Shown here: positions 52,701-64,000 of the stretch, piece after piece
How positions within the stretch are numbered: the first letter of the stretch is position 1
How the letters are laid out: every line of letters starts with the position of its first letter
Assembly (NCBI GenBank): GCA_951406725.2
Contig: OX597837.1
Location: 1,922,001-1,986,000 of the forward strand
DNA from: Octopus vulgaris
Lineage: Eukaryota
Reading direction: 5' to 3'
Length of the DNA: 64,000 nucleotides
Position numbers and translations under genes: made by a program
Notes under the pieces: generated by a model
Told to the model about the DNA's origin: nothing
Database searches by the model: none
Seen by the model: the letters and a program-made list of their open reading frames with translations, nothing else

Positions 52701-55223
52701 ATATCGAGGCAGTCTTTCATGTTATTTCAATCGACCCAACAAGTGGCAGCGTGATTTGCTAGAAAATAACAGACAAGTCTTCTTCCAATCACATGTGACT
52801 GTCTCAAAAGAAGGTCACATTTGTATGTGAAACTACATTGGATACAGTCTGAAAAACAACTGTAGCGGGGTGACGGTTTCAACGCCTTTGGTCTTATGTC
52901 TGCCCCTTAAGAACAGTCCCTGGGTTAAACACCAACTTCCAATCATAAACGTTGTATTGATACCATTATAACTACTGCATTAACTACGATAAGCGCAGTG
53001 TTATTGCCATGAAGACCTCTGGTTAATATTGTCCTAGATAGACTGTGGCTCTAGTGATAATCCTCACTAGAATATCTTCGGTTAAAAATAAGCGTGATTG
53101 ATGCTGACCACTGAGGTAACTGGAACAAGAACAACAATAAGGACTAAGTAAATATATGGATCTCCATCGGTTTTGACGAGGAGTGTTCTAACTGTTCAAT
53201 CATAAAAGCAATGTACACGTTTAGTTAGCATGTGAATGGTTAAGTACTCCTGTAGCCTTGACTCATTTCTCATGAAGAGTAGCGTATGACAGGGTTTGAC
53301 AGAACTAAGCCTTTCATATTTCAAGCATAACCAGAGTGGCAGGCTTCGACACAATTTCCAGTCAGGACTGATTTCGCATATGGTGATTAGGTTAATCTCA
53401 TGCAATAGTAATATTTTTTAAATCAATTTTCCCAAGAATCTACACGCGGAACCGAAACCAGAACTTCATGAGTGCAAAGCGAACATTTTAACTATCGGGC
53501 CACGAGTAACACGAAAAACACGGCTCCCATAACTTCTGTTAGTATTAATATTTGTTATTAGCATTTAACACATTATAACCACGGTTTTAACTAGCATGAG
53601 CAACAACAACGAACCAACGACTACTACTATACGACTGCTGATTCTGCTACTGCTGGGTTTAATGGCTATAGTAATAACTTAAGATTTTAACCCAAGATGG
53701 TGACTTTATACTAATCCCCAGTGATCAATCTTTTAATAAACTACAGTATTAAATGTCATCATAACTAATATTAACTGCCGCTGTAAACATGGCTTTAACT
53801 CAACATTGTATTGATTCTGCATTGCAATGTATTACGACCACCACTACCACCACGTCTACTACCAGTGAGAAGAATATTACTGCCCCACCCCTCCGCAACC
53901 ACACACACACACACCAGAACCGATTGCTAAGAGCATTATCACAGCAGTCAATGAATTCCTATTTCTTAGAGACAAAGTGTCCTAGTATTATGATTCGAGC
54001 ATTCAACTCATGACCGAATATTCGGTTTCTGGATCGGAGAGTGTGTTGTGTCCTTGAGAAAACACTCCATCTTAGATTGTTTCAATTTACTCGTCTGTAA
54101 ACGAGTATCAGCCGGTGCAGTTTCCCCTCAGCTTCCCCCTCTCTCTCTCTCTCTCTCTCTCTTCGTTCTTTCCCAGCAGCCGTCAACCCTGGGTGTGCAG
54201 TTCAGTGAAGTTTAAAAGGGTCGAAAGGGGATTTTATGTCGCTTCGTCTCTACCTACACCCCCATAATGATTACGAAAGCATAAAATGCGGTAGCAGCCG
54301 TCACTCGCGAGAGAGTGGCGGCCGGCTGCATAGTACTGTATAATCAAACAGTGCCAGGTATTTTGGTGCAAGATAAAACATCCAGTTACATCAGCCTCAG
54401 TGAATGACTGGTATTTCACTGAATTAACAGTAAGATGGATGCAAAGTTAAGCTTGGTGGATCCTGAACAGTAAAGGACACGAAGTAAATACAAGGTATTT
54501 GGGGCGTCACTGTGGTCCTTAACAATGCCCTCTACCACCGTTAGGGATACCCAGTGAGTGACTCCCCCCTGTAAAAGAAGCCCTTAATTTAGACGCCTTA
54601 CTGGAACAGATGAATACTGTTATAATCAATTTATTTCTAAAGAAATTGCGTCGCAGTAAAATCGATAAGGTGATCATGGATGGATCGCCTTTGATTATAA
54701 ACGTGCTTCATCAGGACTTGCTTTCGCTAAATATTTCCTGGTTCCTAAATTTATCCGAAGAGGATCATCATTAAATAGTGAAGGGTTTCTATTTTCCTGC
54801 CTTCAAACCGTTTTAACAATCGGTCATCTTTCTGTAGTTGATTTAATGAAGTACCAGTCATTCACTGAGGCTGAAATAACTGAAGGTTGCATCTCCCACC
54901 AGAATAATGAATAAGAAAGACAAATTATTATGACAATTGCCACAGACAACAGTGGCCTCTACGTGGTCGTTCAGCTTGCTAGAAACAACAACCAAATCCC
55001 TTCGAATCACATAGCGCCGTCATAGAAAGATTCGTTGGACACATTTGGTGCAATATATATTTCCCTAGAGACTAAGAAAAAGATGAAATATTTGTAGCTG
55101 CAGCACTGTATCGAGTCAGACCGAAGGCACAACAATAACAACAACTATAACACCTGAACAATCATGTTGATACGCCTTTCATTGCCGCCACCCCCACTTC
55201 CTAATGGGACTTAAACCACGTCC

Positions 55224-55270
<47 letters not shown>

Positions 55271-55276
<6 letters not shown>

Positions 55277-55445
55277 TAAAAACGGTAAGATAACAAAAGA
55301 AAGAAAGAGACCTCAATATTAAGTAAATAGAGGAAACTTATCTATAAAATAATATGTTATAATTACTCAATAGTCAAGATAAAACTTCAGATGCCGAAGT
55401 GGAAATCCACAACACCATCTCTTCGGTTATCTGGCCATCTGAAAA
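55271..55445 (-). mobile_element. Penelope-like pseudo-LTR copy related to 15870-16040
   Basis: Reverse complement of the 15870-16040 arm with a few substitutions and a short deletion removing the hammerhead helix III; abuts (TA)n. Confidence 0.7.
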
Positions 55446-55959
55446 ACGCTATGAAAAAATACCGTTATATAAAGGGAAATTACTGTGTTATAATTCTGCT
55501 ACTTATATAAAATAAGATTAAAAGTTCATAGTAAACACGTAAACATGGCTAGTCATACGCTCACATGTGCGCTCGCAGGCCTACGTGCGTACTTATACGT
55601 CACTATGAAAACGTACACATCTTCACTCGTATTTTTCGCCAAATATATACACATATATATACAAACTCATACACACACACGCGTACCGTAAAAGTTCATA
55701 CATACGTCTATATACGCACAAGCACAAGAAAAACCATGGTTAAAGGTAACAGAAAAAACATAATGAAGTATACAAAGCATAAAAACCACGTTCATATACG
55801 GACATGCCCTTATGCACTCATACACACACACGCCTATATATGTACATACCCGCACATGTTTATATACGCATACACACACACGCATATACAAAAAAATGAA
55901 TATACATATGCCCCCCCCCCCACAAGAAACCCCTAAAAAATGGAAAAATACTAAGTAAA

Positions 55960-55996
<37 letters not shown>

Positions 55997-56214
55997 TTCT
56001 TATGCCCGCACACACGCATACATCTAAAACTGCCCACTCGTACATATTCACACACGTGTACAAATGAATCTATATACACGTCTATATAGGCACAGGAAAA
56101 ATGCAGGATAGAAGAGTACAGAAAAATTATTATGTGTGAAAATATAAAAATATATGAAATAATAAAAGGTATAATGAGATAAAAATCTTTTTGGGACATA
56201 ATATAGAAAGCAAG

Positions 56215-56352
56215 TTCTATCTGTTTTCTTAAGGCACTGGAACAAAAGAAAAGCGACAAAATTATCTAATCATATTTGGTCTTTAAAAGATAAAGGTGTC
56301 GATTATAACATCCATTGGAAGATTTGGGCCAAATGTAAGCCCTACACCAACG
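56215..56352 (+). mobile_element. Penelope-like GIY-YIG endonuclease C-terminal fragment
   Basis: LRHWNKRKATKLSNHIWSLKDKGVDYNIHWKIWAKCKPYTN matches the PLE motif FRH.....T.LS..IW.LK.....Y.I.W.I......Y; followed by an opposite-strand pLTR (56370-56600). Confidence 0.7.
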
Positions 56353-56461
56353 TCTATTTACGTATAAAGTTAATCCAAACATGAAAACACAAAGAGAAAA
56401 CACAACAACACGAGGACGTGGAACAAGTATAGTATTATTGGACGCTCAGGAAAGAAGGCGG

Positions 56462-56496
56462 GTATAACGTTTCGAGCGGAGCTCTTCGTCAGAAAC
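56462..56496 (-). ncRNA. Minimal hammerhead-ribozyme motif in PLE pseudo-LTR
   Basis: Minus strand GTTT CTGACGA A GAGC tcc GCTC GAAA CG TT ATAC: canonical core, ACGU helix III, one mismatch in helix I. Confidence 0.6.
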
Positions 56497-57151
56497 ATAG
56501 GAAAAGGAAAGATCCAAAGAAGGGAAGACGGAGGAAAAAAATTGCGGTCATATTTTGAATGACCGGAAGGGAATGGGTGAAGAAAAGGTTCTTTCAAAGA
56601 CAGGAGAGTGCAAGAGGAGGTATGTGTGTGTAAGTGTGGATATGTGTGTGCGTGCAGGTCTGTGTGTGTGTAATGAAAGCACGTGTGTGTGGTTGTGGCT
56701 GTTAATCTATGCGTGTGGTTGGACTTAGTATCGTTTAAGGTCAAGGAAGACTGAAGTAGGAGTGGCTCTTGTGTCTACCTACCATTGTACGTGGGAGAAT
56801 GGTCAATGAAAGGTACTGGTAGTTTGAAGTATGTGTGTGTGCGTGTATGTATATGTATTGTGTGTGTGGGGGAATAACTGTGCTTTACTTCGTGTATGTG
56901 TGCGTGTGTACGTGTATGTACGTATGTGTGTATACATGTATGTATAATTGTGTGCGTGTATGTATGAGTGTGTGCTAGAATTATACACACACACACATAT
57001 ATATATGTGATACATACACTTTAGATATACATGCAATCATTTATATATGTATATACACACACTACACTTTAGATACACAGATGTATACAAATACATACAC
57101 ATATATGCATGTGTATATTTATATACATATATTAATTTAATCCACGCATGC

Positions 57152-57475
<324 letters not shown>

Positions 57476-57491
57476 ACACACAAACACCTAC

Positions 57492-57830
57492 ATAAGTTCT
57501 GTGTAGGCAAACGTGCTGCGGTAATAATTCAGATAGTTTAGTCGCTGTAGTAAATACTTGAACGACACGAAGAAAGATTTTTAAAGAGCAGAAATCAGAT
57601 ACGGCACCAATGCTGCTTTACTACAAGGCATTAACACGGCAAATTACTAGCGATTCTTCACTTTAATAACAGAGATTCGGCTAGAATTAAGTGAATTGCT
57701 CTGCAGTGTCTTGGAATTTCGTAAGGCGATGAGTAGCAGCGCTGTGTGGGAGTGTCTTGTTTCGTTTGTGCTGGACTGAGTTGTGTGTATGGCGGGAGAT
57801 GGGACAGGGTCGCGTTTCATTTTGATTGGT
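57492..57830 (-). promoter_or_regulatory. Possible promoter plus non-coding first exon on the - strand
   Basis: Unique, GC-richer island between long microsatellites. On the - strand: CCAAT (~57825-57829), E2F-like TCCCGCCA, TCAGT initiator-like motif (~57777-57781) and a donor TAT|gtaggt at 57491. Confidence 0.25.
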
Positions 57831-57979
57831 CTGCTTCTGTAATGATGGACGTAGATGGCTTAACGCCGTTTATATACGAGATAATCATTTAATATCACTA
57901 TATACATACATATATATATATATACACACACACACACATATATATATATACATATATATACACATACATATATATATAT

Positions 57980-58050
<71 letters not shown>

Positions 58051-58085
58051 CGTACATACATACATACATGCATATATATATATAT

Positions 58086-58158
<73 letters not shown>

Positions 58159-58466
58159 TGCTTGTATACAAACATGTATTTATATATACAACCATACGCA
58201 TGTATGCATATATAAATATATATGCACGTATGAGTATATATACCCATATATACACACATACATACATACATACATACATACATACATACATACATACACA
58301 AACGTATATATATATGTATATATATATATACACATACATATACACATACATATATACACACACACGGAAATATATATATATAATCTGCACTATGAAATTG
58401 TCCCTTCATAGCCTGCATGCTTCTGCCGATGTTATATTTTGTGTGTGTGTGTGTGTGTGTGTATGT

Positions 58467-58527
<61 letters not shown>

Positions 58528-58730
58528 CGTGTGCGTTAGTGTCTGAGTGACGCTCTCTCGCTATATATATGTGTGCCTATGTATATACAATTTGCACAAC
58601 CGAAATTGTCCCTATATCGTCGGCATTGTTGAACCAATTTTATTACGATAAGTGTGTGTGTGTGCACGTGTGCATCTAAACTCTGCATATCGAAATCGAT
58701 CTATTGAATACACGTGCACAGGCAGGTACA

Positions 58731-58763
<33 letters not shown>

Positions 58764-58859
58764 TCACCCCAATTTAAGACAAATCTTAACAAAACTCAGC
58801 ACCTTCCATATTCTTTCCTGTGTACGTCTCTCCTTTGACTGGTATCTTATCTCTCCTTT

Positions 58860-58890
<31 letters not shown>

Positions 58891-59656
58891 ATGTATGTAG
58901 GAATACATTTTATCATCATTAGGCGATACATATCGGCATATGGAAACAGTAGTAGTAGTAGTAGTAGTATCTATCCATGCCATTAACTGTTGGAAGCACC
59001 AATGTTGGAAAAATGAGATGGAACTAAACATTCTCAGGTGATTGCCAATATTTCGACTGGAACCGATATCTGATATTACATGCTTGCTGTCATTATCTCC
59101 ATACATGATATCGTTATTGCCATCTATCATTCTGGTCATTAATAGACACACGCACAAATATAGAGGGGAGGTTGTTAACGCACACAGAACGTGTGTGTGT
59201 GTGTGTGTGTGTGTGTGCGAACACATACATACATACCAATGTACATATGTACGCACATACATACACATGTATGTGCGTGCATGTGTGTGTGTGTGTATGA
59301 TGCTATATACCTTTAAGCTTTCACTTCCACGTTTACTCTCGGACATTCTCGCCCAGTCACGTGCAAGCTGACATTTTACCTATCGTTCCAAAGTGGTAAC
59401 TGCTTGTGTAAGTAATAGCAGTCAAATCAGCCTCGAAGCACAATAAATGAGAAAAATGAAAGACGGGTAAAGTTTAAAAGAAGAAAAAAAAAACAAGCAA
59501 ACACTAAATGAAGTAGACGTAGATTCACTATGAGTTAAATAAGTGGAGACAGTCATGGCAGGATTGTATTTACCAAGGTTGACCTTGGGCTAAATACCAG
59601 CTGTTAAAAGTAACCTCCACAAAAACCACAATAACAACTATTAACGTTACCACAAG

Positions 59657-59992
59657 CGTAACATTATCAAGAAGAGCAACACTATCATAAAGTGCAACAC
59701 TAGCAAAATGCAACGTTATCAATGTGCAACATTATCAAATTGAAATATCAATGTGCAACACTCAACGTTCATCATTATCAAACATTACCAAAGTGCATCG
59801 TTGTTATATAAGTGAAACATTGTCAAAGCGCAATATTATCAATGTGCAACATTATCAAAGAGCAACATTATCAGCATGCAAAATTTTCAATTTGCAACAT
59901 TATCAGAGTGCAACACTATCATTAAATGCAGTATTATCATGAAGTGCCACATTATCATTAGCTGCAACATTATCAAGTCCAACATTATCATG
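59657..59992. repeat. Degenerate ~16-18-bp minisatellite (consensus ~aGTGCAACATTATCAa), about 20 units
   Basis: Recurring gcaacattatca variants throughout. Confidence 0.85.
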
Positions 59993-60170
59993 AAGAACAA
60001 GACCAAAGTGTGGTGGTGGTGTGGTTTTTTGCTGAACTCATTAACAGTGAAAAGTGGATGTCGTAGTTGCACTTCGAACATTTATTTTCCCGTTTCCTGT
60101 CGAAAATAGCCAGCGCCATATTTTGGAATTTAGAAAAAAAAATAATTAGAATTAAAACATGGAGAGGATG

Positions 60171-60545
60171 CAACAAGAGCACTCAGAAAACGCAAACCTC
60201 CGCCAAGGCAACACCAACCTTCTCACAAATATTAACCAGAGATGATTTTTAAAATGAGAATATCTGAAATAAACTCAACTGCTCTCACAAACGAGAATGC
60301 TATAAATGAACCCGACCTCTCTCAAAAATTAATTAAAAAACAGGGAAAATAATCCAGAATCCTTGTCCGGTACCGAATCGATCCCCAAATCTAATCAATT
60401 CGTGCCAGTCACGATGCCAAACATCCCAGAAACTTTCATCCGAATCCGTCCATCGGTTCTTCAGATATCTTGTTCATGGACAAACAAATAAACAAACAAA
60501 CACCACTGAAAACAATACTTCTGCCTTCGCTAAAGCGGAGGTAAT
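60171..60545. mobile_element. Helentron-associated non-autonomous element (HINE/DINE-1-like)
   Basis: Subterminal motif acctccgccaaggc near one end, an (AAAC)n microsatellite, and a terminal hairpin acttctgcctt...aaagcggaggt. The first ~85 bp are shared with 47300-47385. Confidence 0.65.
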
Positions 60546-60549
60546 AACT

Positions 60550-60763
60550 GGTACATTGGGAACTGTAGGCAAGGATTTAGATAAATATTTGAAGGAGATT
60601 GGAACAGAATATCCTGCAGAGCTTCTACAAAGAGTTGGCTCTTAGGAACAGAAAAGATTCTCAGAAGGTTTCTAGGAACTTGAAAGCTAGTGGATATCTA
60701 AGATTACAAGTAGTACCCTAATACCTTCATAAATCCTACAAGGAGTATGACCGAACCGGAGTC

Positions 60764-60815
<52 letters not shown>

Positions 60816-60820
60816 TAATA
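60550..60820 (+). mobile_element. R4/Dong-like (restriction-like endonuclease) LINE 3' end with (TAA)n tail
   Basis: GTLGTVGKDLDKYLKEIG...ELLQR/LLGTEKILRRFL* matches the GALG...L...L....LQK..LLGTxxILRxxL C-terminus; ends in (TAA)n. Confidence 0.7.
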
Positions 60821-60821
60821 A

Positions 60822-61010
60822 TGGTTTCCAATTTTCCACAATGCCAGTAATTTCGGTGGAACAGTTAAGTCGATTACATCGACTCCAGTACTCCACTGGT
60901 ACTTATTTTATCGTATCCGGAAGGATGGAACGCAAAGTCAACCTCAGTAGAATTAAAACACAAACCGTGTATACGAATGAAATACCGCAAAGCATTTTTG
61001 CCTGGCGTGG
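60822..61010 (-). mobile_element. SINE family A (degenerate)
   Basis: aagtcgattacatcgactccag...ctggtacttattttatcg...caaagtcaacctcag. Confidence 0.65.
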
Positions 61011-61559
61011 AGTGAAAACAGCTATGGTGTAGAATATTGGGAAACTTGAGTGAGAAAAAGCCAATATATAATAAATAAATAAATTTTTGAAGTATGTTTT
61101 AAAAATACAAAACAAATAGAACTTTTGAGAGTGGAGGATGGAGGTGAAAACCTCATAGCAAGCTTGAAGTTGATCGTTGCCATATTTACGTAAGTTTAAA
61201 ACACTGAGATAATCGAGAGGAGAGACTTCTCAGCGAGGATTTAGATTTTTTTCAGAAAGATTTCTAGCATTAGATATTTGACGTAGTGGACCGAGCTGGG
61301 TGGCTAGGAAAAGGTGTGCGAGTGTGTGCGTGCGTGCGTGTGTGTGTGTGTGTGCCTGTATACATTACGTTCATATTTATATACGATAGATATTTGTGTG
61401 TACATAAATATGGTGAAACTTATATACAACGTGTAAAAACAAAATAGATATAGTTGAAAATAATACTGTAGCAAAACGAGAAAGACACGCGCGTGCACAC
61501 ACATACCTAAAATCCACATATGGCATGCAGGTTGTTGGGCGTGTGTGTGTGTGTATGTA

Positions 61560-61595
<36 letters not shown>

Positions 61596-61596
61596 C

Positions 61597-61645
<49 letters not shown>

Positions 61646-62289
61646 GTGTGTGTGTGTATATATATACATACACACACACACAACCTTGGCATTTAAAATA
61701 CTGCCGGAATTCAGTTGTGTAGTCGTGATTTAGGTTGAAGTGCAGCAGCCCGTGTCCAACACACATGTGTGTGTGAATACTTGCGTAGGCGTTGTTATAT
61801 AGACGCGTTTTTATATGTAAGCCTATGTGTGTATTTATTTTTTTATGTAAGGATTAACCTATTTACGTATTTCTATATAATCCTCATTCCGTAGATTAGT
61901 GTGTGTGCATAACTTAGGGTTCGTTGATCGAGATTTGAATGACAAATATATGCGTCCCGGGTAAGTGAAACATTTGGATTGAAAGACGATAAAAATAGGA
62001 CGCAAAGCAGGAAAATAGCGGAGAATATTATGTAGAGCGTGAATATATTGTTGGATATTAAATAATCTTCAGTTGGGAAGCTGATGTTTCACGTTTCCGA
62101 TTGTTCAGACGACTGAAAGAAGGAACACATGAAAAGCTTCACTGTTTTACGACATTCCTCTTTGGATAAAAGTAGGAACCAGAAAATATTTAGCAAAGTC
62201 AAGGTTCGAATAGGCTGAGGATTGTGAATGCATGGGTCTGTACGAGTTACATATACCTCGGAAAATGCTCAACAGGATTAGGTCTCTAT

Positions 62290-62750
62290 CGTGATGATGG
62301 ACTGTTCATTTTGCCAGATATGAACAAATATGCCGAATAGTTATGTGGCGATCCTCCAAAATGGCGGCTTCCACTTTATGGGTTGTGTCGTCATCAGTGG
62401 CGGAATGTGGTCATCCAGGAATAGGAGCACTTTCCACCGATGTCCGACTACATTTGAGTTGGCGATGCCCTTGCTTGACTACGGTGTATGGTGGTGCATC
62501 GTCACCATCAACTTCTTTCATCTCCTCGAAAGTCTCTTTTGGTGTATGACGTTTCAAGTATAACAACCTGATCACCGGTCTGCATTCAACTGCCTCCATT
62601 ACAACAACCGTAAAAGACAAACGAATACTAGTGGAATGCTGCAAGTTACAATGTGTCATGTAAAGACATGCACAATTATAGTTGTACAAGTTCCGTTTCC
62701 TGCAATTACCGGAAAGGGGTCAGGGGAAATCTGTAATGAACACCCCCTCG
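62290..62750 (-). mobile_element. Mariner transposon 5' fragment (N-terminal HTH region)
   Basis: MEAVECRPVIRLLYLKRHTPKETFEEMKEVDGDDAPPYTVVKQGHRQLKCSRTSVESAPIPG*P...VEAAILEDRHIT is a typical mariner N-terminus; TIR-like end ...aacaccccctcg. Confidence 0.85.
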
Positions 62751-63375
62751 TGTGTGTGTGTATGAATATATTGATTTTTAAATATGTGCGCCCGTATACA
62801 TATATACATTTGTGAGTTTACATATGGGCATATACACACGTACATACATGTATGCGTTTATATACATAAATGAGATTGCACTGGGTTACGAAATTTTGTG
62901 TCTTCTTTCCTTCTTTGTTTTTGGTCAGTAAGTGTTATTTCGTATTTGCTTAGAAATCAAAGGAAATCACTACAACTCCATTCAAACTTTGCTTCTATGA
63001 CCTGCACATCAATGCTTTAAAACTGACCTATTTCCCATTACATTTCAGACAGTTTCAGTGCTGAGTTGCTGAAGCAGAAATGTCATTATAGCAAATATTC
63101 TGCTCCTTAATACCACAGATTTGCCAGTCAGTTAGTTCACTCTAACCGCTTGAGCATGGCCCTCAGTGGCTGACAATATATACATCACTGATCATAAGCA
63201 GTGGGAGAGTATCTTAGTCATGTTTTGAGAGGGATTCTTTGGGGTTAGAACAAAAGCATTATTTGAAGGAAATATAAGCCATTTTTCATACTTCCTAGAG
63301 TTAAGGAACCAGGAAATAACTGTTGCTACCCGGGGGTAAAAATCGTGTTATACTGTTACATATGTACACGTGTGA

Positions 63376-63525
63376 GTCTGCGAGGCATTTCGTCCGTCTT
63401 TACGTTCTAACTTCAAATTCCGCTGAGGTAGACCTTGCCTTTCATCCTTTCGGGGTCGATAAAATACTGGTTGAGTTCTGGGGTCAATATATCCGAATTT
63501 CCGCCTCCCACCAAATTTTAGGTAT
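63376..63525 (+). mobile_element. SINE family A (5'-truncated)
   Basis: catttcgtccgtctttacgttctaacttcaaattccgctgaggtagaccttgcctttcatcctttcggggtcgataaaa. Confidence 0.75.
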
Positions 63526-64000
63526 TGTGTGTGTGTATACTGTAGAAAGGATATTCAAGTTTAAAAGTCAAAAACCATCCCTTGTACTTCGAAGTCCTAG
63601 CCATATTACTGTGTGTGTGTGTGTAATGTTAATGAACCCTTAGTGAGTTGTGATTTCCGAGCCAGAGTCGAACCTCTGCACATCTCAGCCCAATCATTCA
63701 GTCGTTGTGTTTGAAATCTGAATAAAAAAAAGAGAAATATTAAAGCTCAACAGAAATAATTATTCCTGCAACATTTTATCTTCTGTAATTTTATTTCTCA
63801 GTCTCTATGCAAGTGTGTGTGCGCGTGTGTGTATGCAAGTGTGTGCACGTGCGCGTGCGTGTGCGTGTGCGTGTGTGTGTTTGTGCGCACGTGTGTGTGT
63901 ACACACTCACATACAGTGTGAGAGAAACAGAGACACGCCGTCTTTATTTGTTCTAATTGTTTGCAATTTAGGCTAAAGTTTTTATTTGATGTATTTTATT

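Noticed and set aside
59657-59992. Possible CRISPR-like repeat-spacer array
   Set aside because: Units are short and degenerate with only 3-6-nt linkers and no unique spacers or cas genes, and the context is eukaryotic.

Overview
AT-rich, microsatellite-dense eukaryotic (metazoan) DNA. The SINE families and overall texture suggest an octopus/coleoid cephalopod genome; this is my inference, not a database match. Nearly all ORFs in the supplied track are microsatellite artefacts. Reading splice signals by eye gives the last three coding exons of a + strand fasciclin (FAS1-domain) gene (6041-6206, 9538-9652, 22686-23110). They splice in frame into one complete FAS1 domain followed by a Ser/Thr/Pro/His-rich stalk and a hydrophobic, GPI-signal-like C-terminus. 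A second, more tentative gene lies convergently on the - strand (exons 41635-41832, 36898-36931, 32846-32936) and encodes a signal-peptide-bearing, Cys-containing small protein I do not recognise. The rest is transposon debris: three tRNA-derived SINE families, mariner and maT (DD37D) remnants, MITEs, Helentron-associated elements, L1/Tx1, RTE, CR1 and R4/Dong-like LINE fragments, and Penelope-like element (PLE) ends. Several PLE ends carry minimal hammerhead-ribozyme motifs, including a perfect 194-bp palindrome with back-to-back hammerheads inside fasciclin intron B-C. Repeat boundaries are approximate.
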